This document shows positions 7,912 to 16,085 of a stretch of DNA of 32,000 nucleotides, piece after piece. The stretch spans positions 750,001 through 782,000 of the forward strand of contig NC_010546.1 of assembly GCF_000017845.1 (NCBI RefSeq), in the 5' to 3' direction. Source of the stretch: Crocosphaera subtropica ATCC 51142 (GTDB taxonomy: Bacteria > Cyanobacteriota > Cyanobacteriia > Cyanobacteriales > Microcystaceae). The first letter of the stretch is position 1. Each line of letters starts with the position of its first letter. Both the position numbers and the translations under genes were made by a program. The notes under the pieces were generated by a model. That model saw nothing but the letters and a program-made list of their open reading frames with translations, searched no databases and was not told the origin of the DNA.

Positions 7912-8309
7912 CGCTTCAAATTAACTAATTCTTCGAGAGACGCTAATAATTTTACCTCCACTGAAACAATTTCTTTTTGATAATTCAGAATAAAGATCCA
8001 GGCTACATTAACGGTGAATAAAGCAGTGGTAACTTTGCCCTTTATTTCAGCTAGAGTGTGGCCTATTTCCATTGTTTCTAAAGCTTCTTCAAGAGGCAAC
8101 AATATCATCTCTCTCGCTTCTTGCTGTAAATAAGAGGCGATCGCTTCTTGTCCCTCAATAGGAGGCTCAAAAGGAGGTTTTAAAATGCCATTAATAGTGA
8201 ATAATTTGGCTGTTTCTGAAAAATTTGCCTGATTTAAGGTTTCAAAATATTGCTTAATGATCGGTTCTGTTAGATGAATAGGGCTAGTTTTTTGGGATGA
8301 TTTTATCAT
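7908..8309 (-). CDS. NTF2-fold protein resembling the orange carotenoid protein C-terminal domain (CTDH-like)
   Basis: Aligns by eye with the OCP C-terminal domain as I recall it. LKPPFEPPIEGQEAI matches LQPPFQRPIVGKENV, KGKVTT matches TGKVQT, NVAWIFILN matches NIAWRFLLN, and LLASLEELVNL matches LLASPKELLNF. The Tyr (KQYFETLN) and Trp (VAWIF) that correspond to the OCP carotenoid-keto H-bonding residues are present. Confidence 0.7.
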   Translation of the reverse strand: MIKSSQKTSPIHLTEPIIKQYFETLNQANFSETAKLFTINGILKPPFEPPIEGQEAIASYLQQEAREMILLPLEEALETMEIGHTLAEIKGKVTTALFTVNVAWIFILNYQKEIVSVEVKLLASLEELVNLKR

Positions 8310-8526
8310 ATTTATGTCAAAATAGTGTTGAAAGCGTCATCTTATACTATAACGTTTCTCCTATTCATAGCGTATACGCCCTATAATTCACAATATTTTC
8401 TATGTTTTTTGATTCAATGGATTTTTCAGATACATTAAATAACGCTAATTTCTAAACGATGACTTCTGAGTTTCAAAATTAAACAAGTTTGTCCCTTAAA
8501 TTTATAAGTATGAGAAGTATTATACT

Positions 8527-10743
8527 ATGACTCTTTATTGTCTTAATCCTGCTTGTCCTTCCCCTAATAATCCCAAAACGCATAACTACTGTCAAGGATG
8601 TGGTCAAGAATTATCTAAAACCACTCAAGGGTATTTATTTTGCGATCGCTACTATATTAAACAAGTATTGGGAGAGGGTAACTTTGGCCGAACCTATTTA
8701 GTGGAAGATCAAAATTTCCACAACAGAAAACGAGTCTTAAAAAAATTTATTGCTAATTTTCAAGGACAAAATTTAGAGAAAGCAAAAGAATTATTTCAAC
8801 GGGAAGCTGATATCTTAGATACTTTGAAACATGACCAAATTCCTGCTATTTACGATCATTTTCAACATAATAAATCTTGGTATTTAGTAGAAGAATATAT
8901 CGAAGGAGAAGACTTAATCACAGAATTTAATCGAGAGGGAACGTTTAGCGAAGAGAAAATCAAATCTCTTTTAAAAGATTTATTACCTGTTTTAGATTAT
9001 CTCCATCGAAGAAACTTATTACATCGAGACATTAAACCAGATAATATCATGCGTCGTCGTTACGATCATAAATTGATTTTAATCGATTTTGGTGGAGTTA
9101 AAGAAGTTTCTAAGACTCGTGGAACTGTTATTCAAACCCCTGGTTATGCTTCTATAGAACAAATGACGGGACATCCTCAACCAGCTAGTGATATTTATAG
9201 CTTGGGAGTTACTTGTGTTCGCTTACTAACAGGATGTTTTCGGGATCATAATAATGAAAATGATGCCATATATGATAGTCTTAAAGCCACTTGGTTGTGG
9301 CAAGATTATTTAGAACAGCAAGGAAAACAAATCAGTGATAACTTAACTCATATTTTAAATAAAATGCTAGAACATTTAGCACAGGATCGTTACAGTAATG
9401 TACGAGAAATATTAGAAGAATTAGAAGACTCTATTCCTAATAACCAATTTATCGAGACTTCAGCTAATGTATCGAATTTAGACAATACCAAAGCTAACAA
9501 TAAAATTTTAACTAAATTAATTAAAAACCAGTCAATATTAGTATTTGTAACTTTATTTAGTAGCGGTATTATTATAACTTGGGTTATAAAGTCCTTAATT
9601 TATCAATCATCTATATTACTTTGGCAAATAATCTTTGATTATGTAGCTTTGTTTAGTATATTTATTCTTTTATGTTCCTTAGGTATTTGGTTGATTTTGA
9701 TGATTAGAAATAAAAAGAAACAACGACAAAGTCTTACTGTTACTTCTTTAAAACCTTCTAATATCACCAAGAAAGTCTCTTCTAATGTTGCTGTTAAAAC
9801 CTCTCAAAGTCCTTCAATTTGTCCTAATACTTCAAAAATTCAAGTAAACACTTCGGTAAAAAAAGCTCATAAAAAAAGAATCGGTTCTCTGAAACCTTTT
9901 GATTTTAAAGTTGTTAAAGTTAATAATCAAGGAAAAATTATCGAAAATAAAGTTAAAAAAAATCAATATTTTACAGTTGATTTAGGACAAAATGTATACT
10001 TAGAGATGGTGGTTATTCCAGGCGGTAAGTTTTTTATGGGATGTCCTAAAAAAGAAGGACGGGATCGTCAAGAAGAACGACCTCAACATCAAGTTATAAT
10101 CTCTTCTTTTTGTATGAGTAAATATCCGATTACCCAAGCACAATGGGAACAAATTATGGGATATAATCCTTCTCAGTTTAAAGGTGAAAATAAACCCGTA
10201 GATACGGTTTCATTTTATGACAGTTTAGCATTTTGTAAAAGGTTATCTGAAGAGGTTGGAATTGATTTTTATTTACCTAGTGAAGCACAATGGGAATATG
10301 CTTGTCGCAGTATTATAAATCCGAGTCCATATAAACAATTAGATGGGGTAGAAATTTACCCTCCATTTCATTTTGGAGATACAATTACCCATACATTAGC
10401 TAATTATAATAGTACCCGTACTTATCAAAAAGAAATCATCGGAATGTATCGCCAACAAACTACTGAAGTTGGGTCTTTTTACCCCAATGATTTTGGTTTA
10501 TATGATCTGCACGGAAATGTCTGGGAATGGTGTGGTGATGATTGGCATGAAACGTATCAAAATGCCCCAAAAGATGGTAGTATTTGGACAGATGGAAATG
10601 AACAATATTCGCCGATGCGTGGAGGATCTTGGTCTGCTTTTCCTTTTTATTGCCGTTGTGCAACCCGAACTAAAGTTCAACGAAACAGTCGAAGTCATTA
10701 TAATGGATTTAGGGTGGTTTATAACTTCAAAAAAAAGGGGTAA
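8527..10743 (+). CDS. Ser/Thr protein kinase fused through a membrane segment to an FGE-sulfatase (SUMF1/C-type-lectin-fold) domain
   Basis: 4-Cys N-terminal prefix (CLNPACP...CQGCG). Kinase motifs GEGNFGRTY, VLKKF, HRDIKPDNIM, DFGGVK and PGYASIEQ. Two hydrophobic segments (ILVFVTLFSSGIIITWVI and VALFSIFILLCSLGIWLILMI followed by RNKKKQRQ). FGE-type motifs MVVIPGGKFFMG, YPITQAQWE, EAQWEYACR, HGNVWEWC, RGGSW and GFRVV. Confidence 0.9.
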   Translation: MTLYCLNPACPSPNNPKTHNYCQGCGQELSKTTQGYLFCDRYYIKQVLGEGNFGRTYLVEDQNFHNRKRVLKKFIANFQGQNLEKAKELFQREADILDTLKHDQIPAIYDHFQHNKSWYLVEEYIEGEDLITEFNREGTFSEEKIKSLLKDLLPVLDYLHRRNLLHRDIKPDNIMRRRYDHKLILIDFGGVKEVSKTRGTVIQTPGYASIEQMTGHPQPASDIYSLGVTCVRLLTGCFRDHNNENDAIYDSLKATWLWQDYLEQQGKQISDNLTHILNKMLEHLAQDRYSNVREILEELEDSIPNNQFIETSANVSNLDNTKANNKILTKLIKNQSILVFVTLFSSGIIITWVIKSLIYQSSILLWQIIFDYVALFSIFILLCSLGIWLILMIRNKKKQRQSLTVTSLKPSNITKKVSSNVAVKTSQSPSICPNTSKIQVNTSVKKAHKKRIGSLKPFDFKVVKVNNQGKIIENKVKKNQYFTVDLGQNVYLEMVVIPGGKFFMGCPKKEGRDRQEERPQHQVIISSFCMSKYPITQAQWEQIMGYNPSQFKGENKPVDTVSFYDSLAFCKRLSEEVGIDFYLPSEAQWEYACRSIINPSPYKQLDGVEIYPPFHFGDTITHTLANYNSTRTYQKEIIGMYRQQTTEVGSFYPNDFGLYDLHGNVWEWCGDDWHETYQNAPKDGSIWTDGNEQYSPMRGGSWSAFPFYCRCATRTKVQRNSRSHYNGFRVVYNFKKKG

Positions 10744-10892
10744 ACTGATAAAATTTTTGTTGTTAAATATTATCTGTAGTTAATTGGGTTAATTTCTTTG
10801 AGTGATTGAGTATGAATGATTAAAAAAATTTTGATTAGTGCGTGATTAGAGTGTCTAACTAAAAATCTAAATTCTGAATTTTCGCTTTTTTA

Positions 10893-12599
10893 ATGATCAT
10901 GGATTATCACGATTTATACAATAAACTAATTCAATTAGATGGAAAAGGATACAAAGCTTATAAAGACCTTAAAGGAAGCTATCAATTTCCTAAATTTAAT
11001 TTAATTATTGAACATATCCAAGGTGATCCTTTTGCTTCCCCTAGTAAGCTAATTATTAAAATTCCTCATACTGTTGCTAAATTCCCCACTGAGTTCTACA
11101 AGAATAAAATTAGAACAGTCGCTTTAGAAGACTATTTAATCCGTCAATTTAGCCAAACTTGTTTACAATTTAGTCATCATAGAGGAATAGGAAAAAGTGG
11201 GAAAATTAGTATCATTAAAATTGGACAAGAAATACTAAAACGAACAGCAGCCAATATCAGAAAAAATGAAATAGAAATTCGCTTTTCTGTGGGACTTCCT
11301 GCACGGGGAAGGACTGTCTTAGGTTATCAAGCAGCAGAAATGTTATGTGAAAATATTCCCGATATTGTTGATCAAGCATTACTCTATCAAGCCTTAGATT
11401 CTCAAGCCATTCAAGAACAAGTTGAAACTGCTGAAGATGCAGACTGGATACGCCGAAATCTCCCCAAACATAACCTAGTTGCTTTTATCGCCAACGGCTC
11501 TATCTTACCCCGAACCAGTGGGGTTGATCCTCGTCCTTTAGAAAGAGATGCAATTCCTTTTCAATCCCCAAATGCTCTAGAAATTGCTTTTAATACTCCC
11601 AATAAAGGGTTAATTAAAGGGTTGGGTATTCCCCAAGGAATTACCTTAATTGTTGGAGGAGGTTATCATGGAAAATCTACCCTATTAAAAGCCATTGAAT
11701 TAGGAATTTATAATCATATTCCTGGAGATGGTCGAGAATTTGTTATTAGTGATCCCTCGGCGGTGAAAATCCGTGCAGAAGATGGCCGAAGTATTGTAGG
11801 AGTCGATATTTCCCCCTTTATCAATCAATTGCCACAGCAGCGATCCACTAATAATTTTACAACTAAAAATGCCAGTGGCAGTACCTCCCAAGTAGCTAAC
11901 ATTATTGAAGCATTAGAAGCAGGAAGTAAGGTTTTATTAGTAGATGAAGATACCGCTGCTACTAACTTTATGATCCGCGATCGCAGGATGCAGCGATTAA
12001 TCGCAAAAAATAAAGAACCAATCACTCCATTTATCGATAAAATTAAACAATTATATACTGACTATGGAGTATCAACCTTATTAGTAATGGGAGGAAGTGG
12101 AGACTATTTCGATGTAGCAGATCAAGTCATCGCTATGGACAGTTTTGAACCGAATGACGTTACCGAAAAAGCGAAAAAAATTGCTCAAGAAAATCCCAAC
12201 GAACGGATAATTGAAGGGGGTGATCATTTTGGAAACATAACCCCACGAATTCCCTTACCGAATAGCATTGATCCCAGTCGAGGCAAAAGAGATATTAAAG
12301 TGAAAGTGCGAGACATAGATCAAGTGGTTTTTGGAACAGAAGATATTGATTTAACCGCCATTGAACAATTAATAGAAACAGGACAGTTAAGGTCAATTTC
12401 TGCGGCCATTATTTACGCAAAACATCATTATATGAACCCTCAAAACACATTACCCTATATTTTAGATAAGGTCATGGAAGATATTGACAGTAAAGGGTTA
12501 GATATTTTAAGTAACTTTCCTCAAGGAGATTTCGTCTTATTTCGTCGCTTTGAGTTAGCTGCTGCTATAAATCGTTTACGATCTTTGCAAGTTCAATAA
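10893..12599 (+). CDS. Predicted ABC-class ATPase (COG3044 / ABC_ATPase family), function unknown
   Basis: 568 aa. N-terminal LDGKGYKAYKDLKGSY...IQGDPFASPS, Walker A-like GGGYHGKST and Walker B-like VLLVDEDTAATNFM. This matches my recollection of the COG3044 family. Confidence 0.8.
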   Translation: MIMDYHDLYNKLIQLDGKGYKAYKDLKGSYQFPKFNLIIEHIQGDPFASPSKLIIKIPHTVAKFPTEFYKNKIRTVALEDYLIRQFSQTCLQFSHHRGIGKSGKISIIKIGQEILKRTAANIRKNEIEIRFSVGLPARGRTVLGYQAAEMLCENIPDIVDQALLYQALDSQAIQEQVETAEDADWIRRNLPKHNLVAFIANGSILPRTSGVDPRPLERDAIPFQSPNALEIAFNTPNKGLIKGLGIPQGITLIVGGGYHGKSTLLKAIELGIYNHIPGDGREFVISDPSAVKIRAEDGRSIVGVDISPFINQLPQQRSTNNFTTKNASGSTSQVANIIEALEAGSKVLLVDEDTAATNFMIRDRRMQRLIAKNKEPITPFIDKIKQLYTDYGVSTLLVMGGSGDYFDVADQVIAMDSFEPNDVTEKAKKIAQENPNERIIEGGDHFGNITPRIPLPNSIDPSRGKRDIKVKVRDIDQVVFGTEDIDLTAIEQLIETGQLRSISAAIIYAKHHYMNPQNTLPYILDKVMEDIDSKGLDILSNFPQGDFVLFRRFELAAAINRLRSLQVQ

Positions 12600-12605
12600 C
12601 TATTA

Positions 12606-13481
12606 TTAAAGTTCATGGGTCATGAGAATATTAAGCATTTTTTCTCCTAATAATTCTGGCTGTTCTATCATAGACAAATGACCGCAATTAGGAATATCAA
12701 TCACATTTTGACCCTGATATTTGAAAAGCTCATGAAAACTGGCCAAATAACGAACATATTGGGGTTCCATAACAGTATCTTTGTCCCCTGAAAAAAAATA
12801 AACGGGTTGAGCGAGACGAGAGACAATTTGAGGTAATAAATGAACCTCATTCTCTGTGGTTGAATCTAACAATGATCCTAAAGCTGCTTCTGAATCTGCC
12901 CTCATTAAATCCATAACTCGTTGTTTACCCCATTGTCGTTCAATCGGAGTTGCAACCATCATTCTAGAAAAGAGAATGTCAATTAACGGAACATTAGATA
13001 ACCAACCAGGACGATACTTAACTAATTGCTTTCCAGCAAGGCGAAATCGCTCAAATTCTTCTTTTAAATAGATCCCTCCTCCAGCATTTAGACAGAGGAC
13101 CCCTTGGATTTTTTCAGGACAAAGATCCGCTCCCCATAACGCAATACTTCCCCCCAAAGAATGACCAATTAACCAACTTCGTTCAATGTCTAATTTTTCA
13201 AGTAAAATAATTAAATCTTTAGCGTAAGCTTCTAAAGTGTAAGGAGATGAGGTATTATGTTCTTCTAATAAGTAATTATTTAAAGGTTGAGAATCTCCAA
13301 ATCCTCTAAGATCATAAGTAAGACAAGGATAATCGGGAGATAACTTTTTGATTAAGGGAAGCCAATATTGACGGCTCAAGAGCCACCCATGAATAAAAAT
13401 TAACACCGGGGTTGAGGGTTTAGCAGGTGGAGAGGTTAGCTCATAAGCATGAGGGACTCCCAATATATCGATGGTTGGCAT
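12606..13481 (-). CDS. Alpha/beta-fold hydrolase
   Basis: IFIHGW oxyanion-region motif, GHSLGG nucleophile elbow and a C-terminal CGH histidine. Length is 291 aa. Confidence 0.85.
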   Translation of the reverse strand: MPTIDILGVPHAYELTSPPAKPSTPVLIFIHGWLLSRQYWLPLIKKLSPDYPCLTYDLRGFGDSQPLNNYLLEEHNTSSPYTLEAYAKDLIILLEKLDIERSWLIGHSLGGSIALWGADLCPEKIQGVLCLNAGGGIYLKEEFERFRLAGKQLVKYRPGWLSNVPLIDILFSRMMVATPIERQWGKQRVMDLMRADSEAALGSLLDSTTENEVHLLPQIVSRLAQPVYFFSGDKDTVMEPQYVRYLASFHELFKYQGQNVIDIPNCGHLSMIEQPELLGEKMLNILMTHEL

Positions 13482-13611
13482 AGATTGTTTTACCCTATCA
13501 AAAAGTCGTGATAACGCTTTGAGTTAAAACTGCTCGATAATAATGGTCTTCTATTGTTCTATTATAAATTACAAAGGACTCCTATGGTAATTTTTCTATG
13601 TATGAGGATTA

Positions 13612-13836
13612 ATGAAAAAAACGCTAATTTTATTAATTAAAGGCTATCGGAGGTTGATTTCTCCTTTATTTCCTCCTAGTTGTCGTTTTCAACCAACTTG
13701 TTCCCAATATACCTTAGAAGCCATCGAAAAATTTGGTGCTTTACGAGGGAGTTGGCTAGGTTTGAGAAGAATTTTACGTTGCCATCCTTTTCATCCGGGA
13801 GGATATGATCCTGTTCCTCCTGTTACTAAAAAATAA
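13612..13836 (+). CDS. yidD: Membrane protein insertion efficiency factor YidD
   Basis: [31 protein letters not shown]...[17 protein letters not shown] is the characteristic YidD signature. Length is 74 aa. Confidence 0.9.
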   Translation: MKKTLILLIKGYRRLISPLFPPSCRFQPTCSQYTLEAIEKFGALRGSWLGLRRILRCHPFHPGGYDPVPPVTKK

Positions 13837-13874
13837 ATAGGGATATGGGTTAATAATGAGCTATCGGTTATCAG

Positions 13875-14855
13875 TTATTGAATATAAAGTTGTTCTTTTT
13901 CAGAGGTATTGAGAAAAGATGCTCGAAACGAATTATTGATCATCTTTTGAAGATCAATTTCCGTTAAACGAAGGGCTTGAGAAATTGCTAGAAAATTTTC
14001 GTTGAGATAACCACCAAAATAAGCAGGATCATCCGAATTGATGGTTACACATAATCCCTGATCTAAAAGAATTTTCAAGTTATGGTCTTCTAAGCAATTA
14101 AACACTTTTAATTTGACATTGGATAAGGGACAAACCGTTAAAGGAATTTGTTTTTCAGCTAAATATTCAACTAATTTTGGATCATCAATACAACGGATTC
14201 CATGATCGATTCGAGACACTTTTAATAGGTTAATGGCTTGCCAAATATAGTCTGATGAGCCTTCTTCTCCTGCATGAGCGACGGTTAAAAATCCTTCTGC
14301 TCTTGCTTTGTCAAACACTTCTTTAAATTTAGAAGGTGGGTTATTTTTTTCGGCTGAATCTAAACCAATTGCTTTTATTTTCTCACCATACTTGATTGCT
14401 TGTTCTAAGGTTTCAAACGCTGATTCTACAGTTAAATCTCGAAGAAAACAAAGGATTAAATAACTAGAGATTCCTAATTGGTCTTTTCCAGCTTTTAACG
14501 CTTCAGTAATGCCTGTAATAATGGCTGCAAATGGTACTCCTCTGTTTGTATGGGTTTGAGGATCAAAAAAAATTTCCGTATGACAAATATTTTGTTTTTT
14601 TGCTTTTTCTAAATAGTTCCAAGTTAAGTCATAAAAATCTTCTTCGCCATAGAGAACATTAGCTCCTTGATAATAGATATTTAAAAAAGATTGAAGATCA
14701 TTGAATTGATAAGCTTGTTTTGCTTCTTCTACAGAACTAAACGATAATCTTTGATGATTACGTTGTGCTAATTTGAACATTAATTCTGGTTCTAAAGAAC
14801 CTTCTATATGTATGTGTAGTTCTGCTTTTGGTAATTGTTCAATTAATGTTTTCAT
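13875..14855 (-). CDS. add: Adenosine/adenine deaminase (Add family amidohydrolase)
   Basis: KAELHIHIEGSL (HxH metal ligands), VAHAGEEG and TINSDDPAYFGGY motifs. Length is 326 aa. Confidence 0.9.
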   Translation of the reverse strand: MKTLIEQLPKAELHIHIEGSLEPELMFKLAQRNHQRLSFSSVEEAKQAYQFNDLQSFLNIYYQGANVLYGEEDFYDLTWNYLEKAKKQNICHTEIFFDPQTHTNRGVPFAAIITGITEALKAGKDQLGISSYLILCFLRDLTVESAFETLEQAIKYGEKIKAIGLDSAEKNNPPSKFKEVFDKARAEGFLTVAHAGEEGSSDYIWQAINLLKVSRIDHGIRCIDDPKLVEYLAEKQIPLTVCPLSNVKLKVFNCLEDHNLKILLDQGLCVTINSDDPAYFGGYLNENFLAISQALRLTEIDLQKMINNSFRASFLNTSEKEQLYIQ

Positions 14856-14886
14856 AAAATAATTGATTAGCCAATAAAAAATAACT

Positions 14887-15780
14887 CTAAAGGGTAGGAT
14901 TTTTCGATATTTTTAAGTTAATAAATGAGAGAAATAAAATAATTAAAAATAGAATCAGTCCAATGGTACAAGCATAATTAATGTCTAAATCTTCAAATGC
15001 TCTTTCATAAACGTAGTAAACAATGGTTTTTGAGCGATTTAAAGGACCTCCTTGAGTCATAATATAGACTTCTTCAAATACTTTCGTTGCAGCAATAGAA
15101 GAAATAACAGCAACTAATAACAAATAAGGACGCATGAGGGGAATGGTAATATCCCAATGTTTACGCCAACCATCCGATCCATCAATAGCTGCTGCTTCGT
15201 ATAATTCTGCAGGAATAGCTTGTAATCCTGCTAAATAAATGACCATATAATAACCTAATCCTTTCCAAATCGTTACTAACATCACACTCCAGATCGCTAA
15301 TTCAGGACTGGTTAACCAAGGAATACCCTCATTTAACCCGAATTGTTGTAATATTTGGTTAAATAAACCATTAGAACTGTATAAAGCTTTCCAAGCAATT
15401 CCAGCGACGACCATAGAAATAACAACAGGAACATAAAAAGCTAAGCGAAACCAACTAATCCCTTTAAGTTTATTGTTCACTAAAATAGCTAATAATAACG
15501 GCAAAATAACCAATAAAGGAACAACCCCAATTAAGTATAAAATTGTGTTAGTTAAGGTTAGCCAAAATACAGAATCTTGCAGTAATCTTTGAAAATTATC
15601 TAATCCTACCCATTCCGGCGGTTGAGTAATATCATAATTATACTGGGTAAAACTTAAAGAAAAAGCTTGAATGGCAGGAATAAAAACAGTAATAAGTAGT
15701 AATAATAAAGCAGGAAATAAAAATAAATAAGGAACAAAATTAAATGGTTGAGTTGAAATATTTTTTAAAGGGATTTTCAT
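14887..15780 (-). CDS. Carbohydrate-type ABC transporter permease (MalF/UgpA-like)
   Basis: About six hydrophobic segments and an EAA loop (YEAAAIDGSDGWRKHWDITIPLMRP). It lies 31 nt upstream of add on the same strand. Confidence 0.88.
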   Translation of the reverse strand: MKIPLKNISTQPFNFVPYLFLFPALLLLLITVFIPAIQAFSLSFTQYNYDITQPPEWVGLDNFQRLLQDSVFWLTLTNTILYLIGVVPLLVILPLLLAILVNNKLKGISWFRLAFYVPVVISMVVAGIAWKALYSSNGLFNQILQQFGLNEGIPWLTSPELAIWSVMLVTIWKGLGYYMVIYLAGLQAIPAELYEAAAIDGSDGWRKHWDITIPLMRPYLLLVAVISSIAATKVFEEVYIMTQGGPLNRSKTIVYYVYERAFEDLDINYACTIGLILFLIILFLSFINLKISKNPTL

Positions 15781-15869
15781 AAAAATTGATCTAAATTTAT
15801 AAGAAATTTTACAAAATCATAACATAAAAAATATATATAGCCAGTTTAAATGAGTGGTGAAAGTTTTCT

Positions 15870-15897
15870 GTTCCCCGTTCCCCGTTCCCTGTTCCCT
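15870..15897. repeat. Tandem heptamer array (GTTCCCC)x2 (GTTCCCT)x2
   Basis: Read directly from the sequence, in the divergent intergenic region between the permease and the M48 peptidase. Confidence 0.9.
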
Positions 15898-15979
15898 CTC
15901 CAAACTAGCTAATTTTTTTACTGCTATATCTTCCAAAGTTTCAAAAATCCTCTGGGTTTAATGCGAAATGGGTAAGGAT

Positions 15980-15991
15980 CAGTGATCACTG
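15980..15991. promoter_or_regulatory. Perfect 12-bp palindrome CAGTGATCACTG (candidate operator)
   Basis: Lies in the 305-bp divergent intergenic region, about 95 nt upstream of the M48 peptidase start. Confidence 0.25.
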
Positions 15992-16085
15992 TTTAAGGAA
16001 TTTTAACAATAAGTTGTCAATTATTCAGTAGAAATTGGGTACTTCTAAGACATAGACACCGTGATCCAATCTTCCAAGGCAACCC

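Noticed and set aside
10460-10783. Three overlapping ORFs (10460..10663 -, 10469..10783 +, 10498..10698 -) at the 3' end of the kinase-FGE gene
   Set aside because: The annotated frame carries clear FGE motifs (GNVWEWC, RGGSW, GFRVV), while the others have no motifs or start signals. I treat them as by-products of the unusual codon composition discussed in the DGR-like finding, not as genes.
10744-10892. Looked for a DGR template repeat, Avd gene or reverse transcriptase immediately downstream of the kinase-FGE gene
   Set aside because: The 149-bp spacer has no similarity to the candidate variable region, and the next gene is an ABC-class ATPase. No RT-like ORF exists anywhere in the window. 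The DGR idea therefore remains a hypothesis about a remote or fossil target.
15781-16085. Possible purine riboswitch upstream of the permease-add operon
   Set aside because: Read on the minus strand, the region lacks the conserved purine-riboswitch core and three-way junction. It contains only a heptamer array and AT-rich sequence.
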